A DNA stretch of 64,000 bases from Balanoglossus misakiensis (lineage: Eukaryota; Animalia; Hemichordata): contig CM082590.2 of NCBI GenBank assembly GCA_040954595.2, positions 3,286,001-3,350,000 of the forward strand. Direction: 5' to 3'. Below the pieces are notes generated by a model. The model made no database searches. It was given only the letters and a program-made list of their open reading frames with translations, and had not been told where the DNA came from. The position numbers and the translations under genes are program-made. Below are positions 11,801 to 28,000 of the stretch, one piece after another; the first letter of the stretch is position 1; each line of letters starts with the position of its first letter.

Positions 11801-14800
11801 CCATCTATCCTGATGCATCATCAAGCTTGCTTCACAATTTACCCTGATGCAAAAAATCACATTCAGCGTCACCATTTCATTAGCAATGTCAAATTACAGT
11901 GCTTATTGCCACGTATTAACCTGGGAATTTACAGACAACTTTAAATACCCATGCATATACATTAAATACCTATGTCAAAGTGCAGAGCTTGCATCACCAT
12001 TTACTCTGATGCACCATTAGGCTTGCTACGCCATTTCCCCTAATGCAAAGAATCACATTCAATGTCACCATTGCATTAGCAATTTTAAATTACAGTGTTT
12101 TTGGCCATGTATTAACCTATGGATTTGCAATTAACTTTAAATCCCCATATGCGTTATATTCCAATGTCAAGTGAAGGGCTTGAAACACCATCTATCCTGA
12201 TGCATCATCAAGCTTGCTTCACAATTTACCCTGATGCAAAAAATCACATTCAGCGTCACCATTTCATTAGCAATGTCAAATTACAGTGCTTATTGCCACG
12301 TATTAACCTGGGAATTTACAGACAACTTTAAATACCCATGCATATGCATTAAATACCTATGTCAAAGTGCAGAGCTTGCATCACCATCTACTCTGATGCA
12401 TCATTAGGTTTGCATCGCCATTCCCCCTAATGCAAAGAATCAGATTCAATGTCACCCTTGCATTAGCAATTTTAAATTACAGTGCTTTTGGACATGTATT
12501 AACCTAGGGATTTTCAATCAACTTTAAATCCCCATATGCGTTATATTCTATTGTAAATGTGAAGGGCTTGAAACACCATCTGTCCTGATGCATCATCAAG
12601 CTTGCTTCACAATTTACCCCGATGGAAAGAATCAGATTTAATGTCACGGTAGCATTAGCAATGTCAAACTACAGTGCTTATGGCCACGTATCAACCTGGG
12701 GATTTACAATCAACTTTAAATCCCCATATGCGTTATATTCCAATGTCAATGTGAAGGGCTTGAAATACCATCTACCCTGATCCATCATCAAGCTGCTTCC
12801 CCATTTGCCCTGATGCAAAGAATCAGATATAGTGTCAACATTGCATTAGCAATGTCAAATTACAGTGCTTTTGGACACGTATTAACACAGGGATTTATAA
12901 TCTACTTGAAATCCCTATATGCTTTTTATACCCATGTCTAAGCGAAGTGTTTGCATCACTATCTACTGTGATGCATCATCAAGCATGCTTCGCCATTTAC
13001 GCTGATGCAAAGAATCAGATTCAATGTCACCATTGCATTAGCAATGTCAAATTACAGTGCTTTTGGCCATGTATAAACATCGGGATTTATAATCAACTTG
13101 AAATCCCCATATGCTTTTTATACCCATGTCAAAGCGAAGTGTTTGCATCACTATCTACAGTAATGCATCGTCAAGCATGCTTCGCCATTTGCCCTAATGC
13201 AAAGAATCACATTAAATGTCACTGTTGCATTCGCAATGTCAAATTACTGTGCTTTTGGCCACGTATTAACCTGGCGATTTACAGTCAACTTTAAATCCCC
13301 ATATGCATTATATTCCAATGTCAATGTAAAGGGCTTGAAAAACCATCTACCCTGATGCATCATCAAGTTTGTTTCGCCATTAACCCTGATGCAAATAATC
13401 AGTGTCACCATAGCATTAGCAATGGCAAATAAAAGTGCTTTCGGCCAAATATTAACCCAGGGATTTATAATCAACTTGAAATCCCCATATGAATTTTATA
13501 CCTATGTCAAAGCGAAGTGCTTGCATCAATATCTACCGTGATGCATCATCAAGCTTGCTTCGCCATTTGCCCTAATGCAAAGAATCAGATTCAATGTCAC
13601 TGTAGCATTAGCAATGTCAAATTACAGTTCGTTTGGCCGTTTACTAACCTGGGAATTTACAATCAACTTTAAATCCCCATATGCATTATATTCTAATGTC
13701 AATGTGAAGGGCTTGAAACACCATCTATCCTGATGCATCATCAAGCTTGCTTCACCATTTTCCCTGATGCAAAGAATCAGATTTAGTATCACGGTAGCAT
13801 TAGCAATGTCAAATTACAGTGCCTATGGCCACGTATTACCCTCGGGATGTACGGACAACTTTAAATACCCTTGCATATACATTTAATACCTATGTCAAAA
13901 TGCAGAGCTTGCATCACCATATACTCCAATGCATTATTAAGCTTGCTTCACCATTTTCCCTGATGCAAAGAATCAGATTAAATGTCACCGTTGTATTAGC
14001 AATGTCAAATTAAAGTGCTTTTGGACTTGTATTAACCCAGGGATTTACAGTCAACTTTTAATCCCCCTGTATACATTTTAAACCCCGGTGTCAAAGTTTA
14101 GTGATTGCATCACCATTGACCCTGGTGCATCATCAAGCATTCTTCAGAATTTGCCCTGATGCAAAGAATCAGATTCAATGTCACCCTTGCATTAGCAATT
14201 TTAAATTACAGTGCTTTTGGACATGTATTAACCTAGGGATTTACAGTCAACATTAAATACCCATGCACATGCATTAAATACCTATGTCAAAATGCATAGC
14301 TTGCATCACCATCTACTCCAATGCATCATTAAGCTTGCTTAGCCATTTCCCCTAATGCAAAGAATTACATTCAATGTCACCATTTCATTAGCAATGTCAA
14401 ATTACAGTGCTTTTGGATGCGTATTAACCCAAGGATTTGTAATCAACTTGAAATCCCCATATGCATTTAATACCCATGTCAAAGTGAACTGTTTGCATCA
14501 CTATCTACCGTGATGCATCATCAAGCCTGCATCGCCATTTACCCTTATGCATAGAATCAGATTCAATGTCACCGTTGCATTAGCAATGTCAAATAAAAGT
14601 GCTTTTGGCCATTATTAACCTAGGGATTTACAATCAACTTTAAATCCCCATATGCATTATATTCAAAAGTCAATGTGAAGGGCTTGGAACACCATCTATC
14701 CTGATGCATCATCACGTTTGCTTCACCATTTATCCATATTCAATGTCACCCTTGCATTAGTAATTTTAAATTACAGTGCTTTTGGCCATGTATTAACCTC

Positions 14801-17800
14801 GGGATTTAGAGTCAACTTTAAATATCAATGCGCATGCATTAAATACCCATGTCAAAGTGAAGTGTTTGCATCACTATCTACTGAGATGCATCATCAAGCT
14901 TGCATCGCCATTTACCCTGATGCAAAGACTCAGATTCAATATCATCGTTGCATTAGCAATGTCAAATTACAGTGCTTATGGCCACGTATTAACCTGAGGA
15001 TTTACAGTCAACATCAAATACCCATGCATATGCATTAAATACCTATGTCAAAGTGCAGAGCTTGCATCACCATCTACTCTGATGCACCATTAGGCTTGCT
15101 ACGCCATTTCCCCTAATGCAAAGAATCACATTCAATGTCACCATTGCTTTTGGCCATGTATTAACCTGGGGATTTACAATCAACTTTAAATCCCCGTATG
15201 CGTTATATTCCAATGTCAATGTGAAGGGCTTGAAACACCATCTATCATGATACATCATCAAGCTTGCTTCACAATTTACCCTGATGCAAAGAATCAGATT
15301 TAGTATCACGGTAGCATTAGCAATGTCAAATTACAGTGATTATGGCCACGTATTAACCTGGGGATTTACAGACAACTTTAAATACCCATGCATATACATT
15401 TAATACCTATGTCAAAATGCAGAGCTTGCATCACCATATACTCCGATGCATTATTAAGCTTGCTTCACCATTTGCCCTGATGCAAAGAATCAGATTAAAT
15501 GTCACCGTTGTATTATCAATGTCAAATTACGGTGCTTTTGGACTTGTATTAACCTGGGGATTTACAGTCAACTTTTAATCCCCCTGTATACATTTTAAAC
15601 CCCGGTGTCAAAGTTTAGTGATTGCATCATCATTGACCCTGGTGCATCATCAAGCATTCTTCAGAATTTGCCCTGATGCAAAGAATCAGATTCAATATCA
15701 CCCTTGCATTAGCAATTTTAAATTACAGTGCTTTTGGACATGTATTAACCTGGGGATTTACAGTCAACATTAAATACCCATGCATAGGCATTAAATACCT
15801 ATGTCACAATGCATAGCTTGCATCACCATCTACTCTGATGCACCATTATGCTCGCTACGCCATTTCCCCTAATGCAAAGAATGACATTCAATGTCACCAT
15901 TGCATTTGCAATTGTAAATTACAGTGCTTTTGGCCATGTATTAACCTAGGGATTTTCAATCAACTTTAAATCCCCATATGCGTTATATTCCATTGTCAAT
16001 GTGAAGGGCTTGAAACACCATCTGTCCTGATGCATCATCAAGCTTGCTTCACAATTTACCCCGATGGAAAGAATCAGATTTAATGTCATGGTAGCATTAG
16101 CAATGTCAAACTACAGTGCTTATGGCCACGTATCAACCTGGGGATTTACAATCAACTTTAAATCCCCATATGCGTTATATTCCAATGTCAATGTGAAGGG
16201 CTTGAAATACCATCTACCCTGATGCATCATCAAGTTTGTTTTGACAACTTTAAATCCCCCTCAGCATGCATTTAATCCCCATGTCAAAGTGCAGAGCTTG
16301 CATCACCATCTATCCTGATGCATCATCAAGCTGCTTCGCCATTTGCCCTGATGCAAAGAATCAGATATAGTGTCACCATTGCATAAGCAATGTCAAATTA
16401 TAGTGCTTTTGGACACGTATTAACACAGGGATTTATAATCTATTTGAAATCCCTATATGCTTTTTATACCCATGTCTAAGCGAAGTGTTTGCATCACTAT
16501 CTACTGTGATGCATCGTCAAGCATGCTTCGCCATTTGCCTTAATGCAAAGAATCAGATTAAATGTCACTGTTGCATTCGCAATGTCAAATTACTGTGCTT
16601 TTGGCCACGTATTAACCTGGCGATTTACAGTCAACTTTAAACATCTGTGCATATGCATTAAATACGCATGTCAAAGTGCAGTGTCTCCATCACCATTGAT
16701 CCTGATGCATCACCAAGCATGCTTCGCTATATGCCCTGATGCAAAGAATCAGATTTAGTATCACAGTAGCATTAGCCATGTCAAATTACAGTGCTTTTGG
16801 CTATGTATTAACCTGGGGATTTACAATCAACTTTAAATCCCCATATGCATTATATTCCAATGTCAATGTGAAGGGCTTGAAATACCATCTACCCTGATGC
16901 ATCATCAAGTTTGTTTCGCCATTAACCCTGATGCAAATAATCAGTGTCACCATAGCATCAGCAATGTCAAATTACTGAGCATTTGGCCATGTATTAACTT
17001 GCGGGTTTACAATCAACTTTAAATCCCCATATGCATTATATTGCAATGTTAACTTGAACGGCTTGAAACACCATCTATACTGATGCATCATCAAGCTTTC
17101 TTCACAATTTACCCTGATGCAAAGAATCAGATTTAGTGTCGCCATAGCATTAGCAATGGCAAATAAAAGTGCTTTCGGCCACATATTAACCCAGGGATTT
17201 ATAATCAACTTTAAAATCCTATATGAATTTTATACCTATGTCAAAGCGAAGTGCTTGCATCAATATCTACCGTGATGCATCATCAAGCTTGCTTCGCCAT
17301 TTGCCCTAATGCAAAGAATCAGATTCAATGTCACTGTTGCATTAGCAATGTCAAATTATAGTGCGTTTGGCCGTATACTAACCTGGGGATTTACAATCAA
17401 CTTTAAATCCCCATATGCATTATATTCTAATATCAATGTGAAGGGCTTGAAACACCATCTATCATGATGCATCATCAAGCTTGCTTCACCATTTTCCCTG
17501 ATGCAAAAAATCAGATTTAGTGTCATGGTAGCATTAGCAAATCCCCATATGCATTTGATACCCATGTCAAAGTGAAGTGTTTGCATCACTATCTACCGTG
17601 ATGCATCATCAAGCTTGCATCGCCATTCACCCTTATGCAAAGAATCAGATTCAATGTCACCGTTGCATTAGCAATGTCAAATTACAGTGCTTATGGCCAC
17701 GTATTAACCTGAGGATTTACAGTCAACATTAAATACCCATGCATATCCATTAAATACCTATGTCAAAGTGCAGAGCTTGCATCACCATTTACTCTGATGC

Positions 17801-18390
17801 ACCATTAGGCTTGCTACGCCATTTCCCCTAATGCAAAGAATCACATTCAATGTCACCATTGCATTAGCAATTTTAAATTACAGTGTTTTTGGCCATGTAT
17901 TAACCTATGGATTTGCAATTAACTTTAAATCCCCATATGCGTTATATTCCAATGTCAAGTGAAGGGCTTGAAACACCATCTATCCTGATGCATCATCAAG
18001 CTTGCTTCACAATTTACCCTGATGCAAAAAATCACATTCAGCGTCACCATTTCATTAGCAATGTCAAATTACAGTGCTTATTGCCACGTATTAACCTGGG
18101 AATTTACAGACAACTTTAAATACCCATGCATATACATTAAATACCTATGTCAAAGTGCAGAGCTTGCATCACCATTTACTCTGATGCACCATTAGGCTTG
18201 CTACGCCATTTCCCCTAATGCAAAGAATCACATTCAATGTCACCATTGCATTAGCAATTTTAAATTACAGTGTTTTTGGCCATGTATTAACCTATGGATT
18301 TGCAATTAACTTTAAATCCCCATATGCGTTATATTCCAATGTCAAGTGAAGGGCTTGAAACACCATCTATCCTGATGCATCATCAAGCTT
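5900..18390 (+). repeat. Higher-order repeat: two near-identical copies of a 33-monomer, 6174-6175 bp unit
   Basis: TGCAATTAAC occurs in register at 5951, 12126 and 18301. ORF pairs 6773/12947, 8544/14718, 10368/16543 and 11732/17907 are offset 6174-6175. I counted 33 monomers by hand. Confidence 0.92.
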
Positions 18391-21300
18391 GCTTCACCAT
18401 TTTCCCTGATGCAAAAAATCAGATTTAGTGTCATGGTAGCATTAGCAATGTCAAATTACAGTGCTTATTGCCACGTATTAACCTGGGAATTTACAGACAA
18501 CTTTAAATACCCATGCATATACATTAAATACCTATGTCAAAGTGCAGAGCTTGCATCACCATCTACTCTGATGCATCATTAGGTTTGCATCGCCATTCCC
18601 CCTAATGCAAAGAATCAGATTCAATGTCACCCTTGCATTAGCAATTTTAAATTACAGTGCTTTTGGACATGTATTAACCTAGGGATTTTCAATCAACTTT
18701 AAATCCCCATATGCGTTATATTCCATTGTCAATGTGAAGGGCTTGAAACACCATCTGTCCTGATGCATCATCAAGCTTGCTTCACAATTTACCCCGATGG
18801 AAAGAATCAGATTTAGTGTCGCCATAGCATTAGCAATGGCAAATAAAAGTGCTTTCGGCCACATATTAACCCAGGGATTTATAATCAACTTGAAATCCCT
18901 ATATGAATTTTATACCTATGTCAAAGCGAAGTGCTTGCATCAATATCTACCGTGATGCATCATCAAGCTTGCTTCGCCATTTGCCCTAATGCAAAGAATC
19001 AGATTCAATGTCACTGTTGCATTAGCAATGTCAAATTATAGTGCGTTTGGCCGTATACTAACCTGGGGATTTACAATCAACTTTAAATCCCCATATGCAT
19101 TATATTCTAATATCAATGTGAAGGGCTTGAAACACCATCTATCATGATGCATCATCAAGCTTGCTTCACCATTTTCCCTGATGCAAAAAATCAGATTTAG
19201 TGTCATGGTAGCATTAGCAAATCCCCATATGCATTTGATACCCATGTCAAAGTGAAGTGTTTGCATCACTATCTACCGTGATGTATCATCAAGCTTGCAT
19301 CGCCATTCACCCTTATGCAAAGAATCAGATTCAATGTCACCGTTGCATTAGCAATGTCAAATTACAGTGCTTATGGCCACGTATTAACCTGAGGATTTAC
19401 AGTCAACATTAAATACCCATGCATATCCATTAAATACCTATGTCAAAGTGCAGAGCTTGCATCACCATTTACTCTGATGCACCATTAGGCTTGCTACGCC
19501 ATTTCCCCTAATGCAAAGAATCACATTCAATGTCACCATTGCATTAGCAATTTTAAATTACAGTGTTTTTGGCCATGTATTAACCTATGGATTTGCAATT
19601 AACTTTAAATCCCCATATGCGTTATATTCCAATGTCAAGTGAAGGGCTTGAAACACCATCTATCCTGATGCATCATCAAGCTTGCTTCACAATTTACCCT
19701 GATGCAAAAAATCACATTCAGCGTCACCATTTCATTAGCAATGTCAAATTACAGTGCTTATTGCCACGTATTAACCTGGGAATTTACAGACAACTTTAAA
19801 TACCCATGCATATACATTAAATACCTATGTCAAAGTGCAGAGCTTGCATCACCATTTACTCTGATGCACCATTAGGCTTGCTACGCCATTTCCCCTAATG
19901 CAAAGAATCACATTCAATGTCACCATTGCATTAGCAATTTTAAATTACAGTGTTTTTGGCCATGTATTAACCTATGGATTTGCAATTAACTTTAAATCCC
20001 CATATGCGTTATATTCCAATGTCAAGTGAAGGGCTTGAAACACCATCTATCCTGATGCATCATCAAGCTTGCTTCACAATTTACCCTGATGCAAAAAATC
20101 ACATTCAGCGTCACCATTTCATTAGCAATGTCAAATTACAGTGCTTATTGCCACGTATTAACCTGGGAATTTACAGACAACTTTAAATACCCATGCATAT
20201 ACATTAAATACCTATGTCAAAGTGCAGAGCTTGCATCACCATCTACTCTGATGCATCATTAGGTTTGCATCGCCATTCCCCCTAATGCAAAGAATCAGAT
20301 TCAATGTCACCCTTGCATTAGCAATTTTAAATTACAGTGCTTTTGGACATGTATTAACCTAGGGATTTTCAATCAACTTTAAATCCCCATATGCGTTATA
20401 TTCCATTGTCAATGTGAAGGGCTTGAAACACCATCTGTCCTGATGCATCATCAAGCTTGCTTCACAATTTACCCCGATGGAAAGAATCAGATTTAATGTC
20501 ACGGTAGCATTAGCAATGTCAAACTACAGTGCTTATGGCCACGTATCAACCTGGGGATTTACAATCAACTTTAAATCCCCATATGCGTTATATTCCAATG
20601 TCAATGTGAAGGGCTTGAAATACCATCTACCCTGATCCATCATCAAGCTGCTTCCCAATTTGCCCTGATGCAAAGAATCAGATATAGTGTCAACATTGCA
20701 TTAGCAATGTCAAATTACAGTGCTTTTGGACACGTATTAACACAGGGATTTATAATCTACTTGAAATCCCTATATGCTTTTTATACCCATGTCTAAGCGA
20801 AGTGTTTGCATCACTATCTACTGTGATGCATCATCAAGCATGCTTCGCCATTTACGCTGATGCAAAGAATCAGATTCAATGTCACCATTGCATTAGCAAT
20901 GTCAAATTACAGTGCTTTTGGACACGTATTAACACAGGGATTTATAATCTACTTGAAATCCCCATATGCTTTTTATACCCATGTCAAAGCGAAGTGTTTG
21001 CATCACTATCTACAGTAATGCATCGTCAAGCATGCTTCGCCATTTGCCCTAATGCAAAGAATCACATTAAATGTCACTGTTGCATTCGCAATGTCAAATT
21101 ACTGTGCTTTTGGCCACGTATTAACCTGGCGATTTACAGTCAACTTTAAATCCCCATATGCATTATATTCCAATGTCAATGTGAAGGGCTTGAAAAACCA
21201 TCTACCCTGATGCATCATCAAGTTTGTTTTGACAACTTTAAATCCCCCTCAGCATGCATTTAATCCCCATGTCAAAGTGCAGAGCTTGCATCACCATCTA

Positions 21301-24300
21301 TCCTGATGCATCATCAAGCTGCTTCGCCATTTGCCCTGATGCAAAGAATCAGATATAGTGTCACCATTGCATAAGCAATGTCAAATTATAGTGCTTTTGG
21401 ACACGTATTAACACAGGGATTTATAATCTATTTGAAATCCCTATATGCTTTTTATACCCATGTCTAAGCGAAGTGTTTGCATCACTATCTACTGTGATGC
21501 ATCGTCAAGCATGCTTCGCCATTTGCCTTAATGCAAAGAATCAGATTAAATGTCACTGTTGCATTCGCAATGTCAAATTACTGTGCTTTTGGCCACGTAT
21601 TAACCTGGCGATTTACAGTCAACTTTAAACATCTGTGCATATGCATTAAATACGCATGTCAAAGTGCAGTGTCTCCATCACCATTGATCCTGATGCATCA
21701 CCAAGCATGCTTCGCTATATGCCCTGATGCAAAGAATCAGATTTAGTATCACAGTAGCATTAGCCATGTCAAATTACAGTGCTTTTGGCTATGTATTAAC
21801 CTGGGGATTTACAATCAACTTTAAATCCCCATATGCATTATATTCCAATGTCAATGTGAAGGGCTTGAAATACCATCTACCCTGATGCATCATCAAGTTT
21901 GTTTCGCCATTAACCCTGATGCAAATAATCAGTGTCACCATAGCATCAGCAATGTCAAATTACTGAGCATTTGGCCATGTATTAACTTGCGGGTTTACAA
22001 TCAACTTTAAATCCCCATATGCATTATATTGCAATGTTAACTTGAACGGCTTGAAACACCATCTATACTGATGCATCATCAAGCTTTCTTCACAATTTAC
22101 CCTGATGCAAAGAATCAGATTTAGTGTCGCCATAGCATTAGCAATGGCAAATAAAAGTGCTTTCGGCCACATATTAACCCAGGGATTTATAATCAACTTT
22201 AAAATCCTATATGAATTTTATACCTATGTCAAAGCGAAGTGCTTGCATCAATATCTACCGTGATGCATCATCAAGCTTGCTTCGCCATTTGCCCTAATGC
22301 AAAGAATCAGATTCAATGTCACTGTTGCATTAGCAATGTCAAATTATAGTGCGTATGGCCGTATACTAACCTGGGGATTTACAATCAACTTTAAATCCCC
22401 ATATGCATTATATTCTAATATCAATGTGAAGGGCTTGAAACACCATCTATCATGATGCATCATCAAGCTTGCTTCACCATTTTCCCTGATGCAAAAAATC
22501 AGATTTAGTGTCATGGTAGCATTAGCAATGTCAAATTACAGTGCTTATTGCCACGTATTAACCTGGGAATTTACAGACAACTTTAAATACCCATGCATAT
22601 ACATTAAATACCTATGTCAAAGTGCAGAGCTTGCATCACCATCTACTCTGATGCATCATTAGGTTTGCATCGCCATTCCCCCTAATGCAAAGAATCAGAT
22701 TCAATGTCACCCTTGCATTAGCAATTTTAAATTACAGTGCTTTTGGACATGTATTAACCTAGGGATTTTCAATCAACTTTAAATCCCCATATGCGTTATA
22801 TTCCATTGTCAATGTGAAGGGCTTGAAACACCATCTGTCCTGATGCATCATCAAGCTTGCTTCACAATTTACCCCGATGGAAAGAATCAGATTTAGTGTC
22901 GCCATAGCATTAGCAATGGCAAATAAAAGTGCTTTCGGCCACATATTAACCCAGGGATTTATAATCAACTTGAAATCCCTATATGAATTTTATACCTATG
23001 TCAAAGCGAAGTGCTTGCATCAATATCTACCGTGATGCATCATCAAGCTTGCTTCGCCATTTGCCCTAATGCAAAGAATCAGATTCAATGTCACTGTTGC
23101 ATTAGCAATGTCAAATTATAGTGCGTTTGGCCGTATACTAACCTGGGGATTTACAATCAACTTTAAATCCCCATATGCATTATATTCTAATATCAATGTG
23201 AAGGGCTTGAAACACCATCTATCATGATGCATCATCAAGCTTGCTTCACCATTTTCCCTGATGCAAAAAATCAGATTTAGTGTCATGGTAGCATTAGCAA
23301 ATCCCCATATGCATTTGATACCCATGTCAAAGTGAAGTGTTTGCATCACTATCTACCGTGATGCTTCATCAAGCTTGCATCGCCATTCACCCTTATGCAA
23401 AGAATCAGATTCAATGTCACCGTTGCATTAGCAATGTCAAATTACAGTGCTTATGGCCACGTATTAACCTGAGGATTTACAGTCAACATTAAATACCCAT
23501 GCATATCCATTAAATACCTATGTCAAAGTGCAGCGCTTGCATCACCATTTACTCTGATGCACCATTAGGCTTGCTACGCCATTTCCCCTAATGCAAAGAA
23601 TCACATTCAATGTCACCATTGCATTAGCAATTTTAAATTACAGTGTTTTTGGCCATGTATTAACCTATGGATTTGCAATTAACTTTAAATCCCCATATGC
23701 GTTATATTCCAATGTCAAGTGAAGGGCTTGAAACACCATCTATCCTGATGCATCATCAAGCTTGCTTCACAATTTACCCTGATGCAAAAAATCACATTCA
23801 GCGTCACCATTTCATTAGCAATGTCAAATTACAGTGCTTATTGCCACGTATTAACCTGGGAATTTACAGACAACTTTAAATACCCATGCATATACATTAA
23901 ATACCTATGTCAAAGTGCAGAGCTTGCATCACCATTTACTCTGATGCACCATTAGGCTTGCTACGCCATTTCCCCTAATGCAAAGAATCACATTCAATGT
24001 CACCATTGCATTAGCAATTTTAAATTACAGTGTTTTTGGCCATGTATTAACCTATGGATTTGCAATTAACTTTAAATCCCCATATGCGTTATATTCCAAT
24101 GTCAAGTGAAGGGCTTGAAACACCATCTATCCTGATGCATCATCAAGCTTGCTTCACAATTTACCCTGATGCAAAAAATCACATTCAGCGTCACCATTTC
24201 ATTAGCAATGTCAAATTACAGTGCTTATTGCCACGTATTAACCTGGGAATTTACAGACAACTTTAAATACCCATGCATATACATTAAATACCTATGTCAA

Positions 24301-25075
24301 AGTGCAGAGCTTGCATCACCATCTACTCTGATGCATCATTAGGTTTGCATCGCCATTCCCCCTAATGCAAAGAATCAGATTCAATGTCACCCTTGCATTA
24401 GCAATTTTAAATTACAGTGCTTTTGGACATGTATTAACCTAGGGATTTTCAATCAACTTTAAATCCCCATATGCGTTATATTCCATTGTCAATGTGAAGG
24501 GCTTGAAACACCATCTGTCCTGATGCATCATCAAGCTTGCTTCACAATTTACCCCGATGGAAAGAATCAGATTTAATGTCACGGTAGCATTAGCAATGTC
24601 AAACTACAGTGCTTATGGCCACGTATCAACCTGGGGATTTACAATCAACTTTAAATCCCCATATGCGTTATATTCCAATGTCAATGTGAAGGGCTTGAAA
24701 TACCATCTACCCTGATCCATCATCAAGCTGCTTCCCAATTTGCCCTGATGCAAAGAATCAGATATAGTGTCAACATTGCATTAGCAATGTCAAATTACAG
24801 TGCTTTTGGACACGTATTAACACAGGGATTTATAATCTACTTGAAATCCCTATATGCTTTTTATACCCATGTCTAAGCGAAGTGTTTGCATCACTATCTA
24901 CTGTGATGCATCATCAAGCATGCTTCGCCATTTACGCTGATGCAAAGAATCAGATTCAATGTCACCATTGCATTAGCAATGTCAAATTACAGTGCTTTTG
25001 GACACGTATTAACACAGGGATTTATAATCTACTTGAAATCCCCATATGCTTTTTATACCCATGTCAAAGCGAAGT
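18373..25075 (+). repeat. Second-level duplication with 4080 bp offset (18373-20995 vs 22453-25075)
   Basis: Lines match almost base for base at +4080. ORF pairs 18679/22759, 19036/23116, 19587/23667 and 20802/24882. Confidence 0.92.
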
Positions 25076-28000
25076 GCTTGCATCAATATCTACCGTGATG
25101 CATCATCAAGCTTGCTTCGCCATTTGCCCTAATGCAAAGAATCAGATTCAATGTCACCCTTGCATTAGCAATGTCAAATTACAGTTCGTTTGGCCGTATA
25201 CTAACCTGGGGATTTACAATCAACTTTAAATCCCCATATGCATTATATTCTAATGTCAATGTGAAGGGCTTGAAACACCATCTATCCTGATGCATCTTCA
25301 AGCTTGCTTCACCATTTTCCCTGATGCAAAGAATCAGATTTAGTATCACGGTAGCATTAGCAATGTCAAATTACAGTGCCTATGGCCACGTATTAACCTC
25401 GGGATGTACGGACAACTTTAAATACCCTTACATATACATTTAATACCTATGTCAAAATGCAGAGCTTGCATCACCATATACTCCAATGCATTATTAAGCT
25501 TGCTTCGCCATTTTCCCTGATGCAAAGAATCAGATTAAATGTCACCGTTGTATTAGCAATGTCAAATTAAAGTGCTTTTGGACTTGTATTAACCCAGGGA
25601 TTTACAGTCAACTTTTAATCCCCCTGTATACATTTTAAACCCCTGTGTCAAAGTTTAGTGATTGCATCACCATTGACCCTGGTGCATCATCAAGCATTCT
25701 TCAGAATTTGCCCTGATGCAAAGAATCAGATTCAATGTCACCCTTGCATTAGCAATTTTAAATTACAGTGCTTTTGGCCATGTATTAACCTGGGGATTTA
25801 CAATCAACTTTAAATCCCCATATGCGTTATATTCCAATGTCAATGTGAAGGGCTTGAAACACCATCTATCATGATACATCATCAAGCTTGCTTCACAATT
25901 TACCCTGATGCAAAGAATCAGATTTAGTATCACGGTAGCATTAGCAATGTCAAATTACAGTGATTATGGCCACGTATTAACCTGGGGATTTACAGACAAC
26001 TTTAAATACCCATGCATATACATTTAATACCTATGTCAAAATGCAGAGCTTGCATCACCATACACTCCGATGCATTATTAAGCTTGCTTCACCATTTGCC
26101 CTGATGCAAAGAATCAGTTTAAATGTCACCGTTGTATTATCAATGTCAAATTACGGTGCTTTTGGACTTGTATTAACCTGGGGATTTACAGTCAACTTTT
26201 AATCCCCCTGTATACATTTTAAACCCCGGTGTCAAAGTTTAGTGATTGCATCACCATTGACCCTGGTGCATCATCAAGCATTCTTCAGAATTTGCCCTGA
26301 TGCAAAGAATCAGATTCAATATCACCCTTGCATTAGCAATTTTAAATTACAGTGCTTTTGGACATGTATTAACCTGGGGATTTACAGTCAACATTAAATA
26401 CCCATGCATAGGCATTAAATACCTATGTCACAATGCATAGCTTACATCACCATCTACTCTGATGCACCATTATGCTCGCTACGCCATTTCCCCTAATGCA
26501 AAGAATGACATTCAATGTCACCATTGCATTTGCAATTGTAAATTACAGTGCTTTTGGCCATGTATTAACCTAGGGATTTTCAATCAACTTTAAATCCCCA
26601 TATGCGTTATATTCCATTGTCAATGTGAAGGACTTGAAACACCATCTGTCCTGATGCATCATCAAGCTTGCTTCACAATTTACCCCGATGGAAAGAATCA
26701 GATTTAATGTCATGGTAGCATTAGCAATGTCAAACTACAGTGCTTATGGCCACGTATCAACCTGGGGATTTACAATCAACTTTAAATCCCCATATGCGTT
26801 ATATTCCAATGTCAATGTGAAGGGCTTGAAATACCATCTACCCTGATGCATCATCAAGTTTGTTTTGACAACTTTAAATCCCCCTCAGCATGCATTTAAT
26901 CCCCATGTCAAAGTGCAGAGCTTGCATCACCATCTATCCTGATGCATCATCAAGCTGCTTCGCCATTTGCCCTGATGCAAAGAATCAGATATAGTGTCAC
27001 CATTGCATAAGCAATGTCAAATTACAGTGCTTTTGGACACGTATTAACACAGGGATTTATAATCTATTTGAAATCCCTATATGCTTTTTATACCCATGTC
27101 TAAGCGAAGTGTTTGCATCACTATCTACTGTGATGCATCGTCAAGCATGCTTCGCCATTTGCCTTAATGCAAAGAATCAGATTAAATGTCACTGTTGCAT
27201 TCGCAATGTCAAATTACTGTGCTTTTGGCCACGTATTAACCTGGCGATTTACAGTCAACTTTAAACATCTGTGCATATGCATTAAATACGCATGTCAAAG
27301 TGCAGTGTCTCCATCACCATTGATCCTGATGCATCACCAAGCATGCTTCGCTATATGCCCTGATGCAAAGAATCAGATTTAGTATCACAGTAGCATTAGC
27401 CATGTCAAATTACAGTGCTTTTGGCTATGTATTAACCTGGGGATTTACAATCAACTTTAAATCCCCATATGCATTATATTCCAATGTCAATGTGAAGGGC
27501 TTGAAATACCATCTACCCTGATGCATCATCAAGTTTGTTTTGCCATTAACCCTGATGCAAATAATCAGTGTCACCATAGCATCAGCAATGTCAAATTACT
27601 GAGCATTTGGCCATGTATTAACTTGCGGGTTTACAATCAACTTCAAATCCCCATATGCATTATATTGCAATGTGAACTTGAACGGCTTGAAACACCATCT
27701 ACCCTGATGCATCATCAAGCTTTCTTCACAATTTACCCTGATGCAAAGAATCAGATTTAGTGTCGCCATAGCATTAGCAATGGCAAATAAAAGTGCTTTC
27801 GGCCACATATTAACCCAGGGATTTATAATCAACTTGAAATCCCTATATGAATTTTATACCTATGTCAAAGCGAAGTGCTTGCATCAATATCTACCGTGAT
27901 GCATCATCAAGCTTGCTTCGCAATTTGCCCTAATGCAAAGAATCAGATTCAATGTCACTGTTGCATTAGCAATGTCAAATTATAGTGCGTTTGGCCGTAT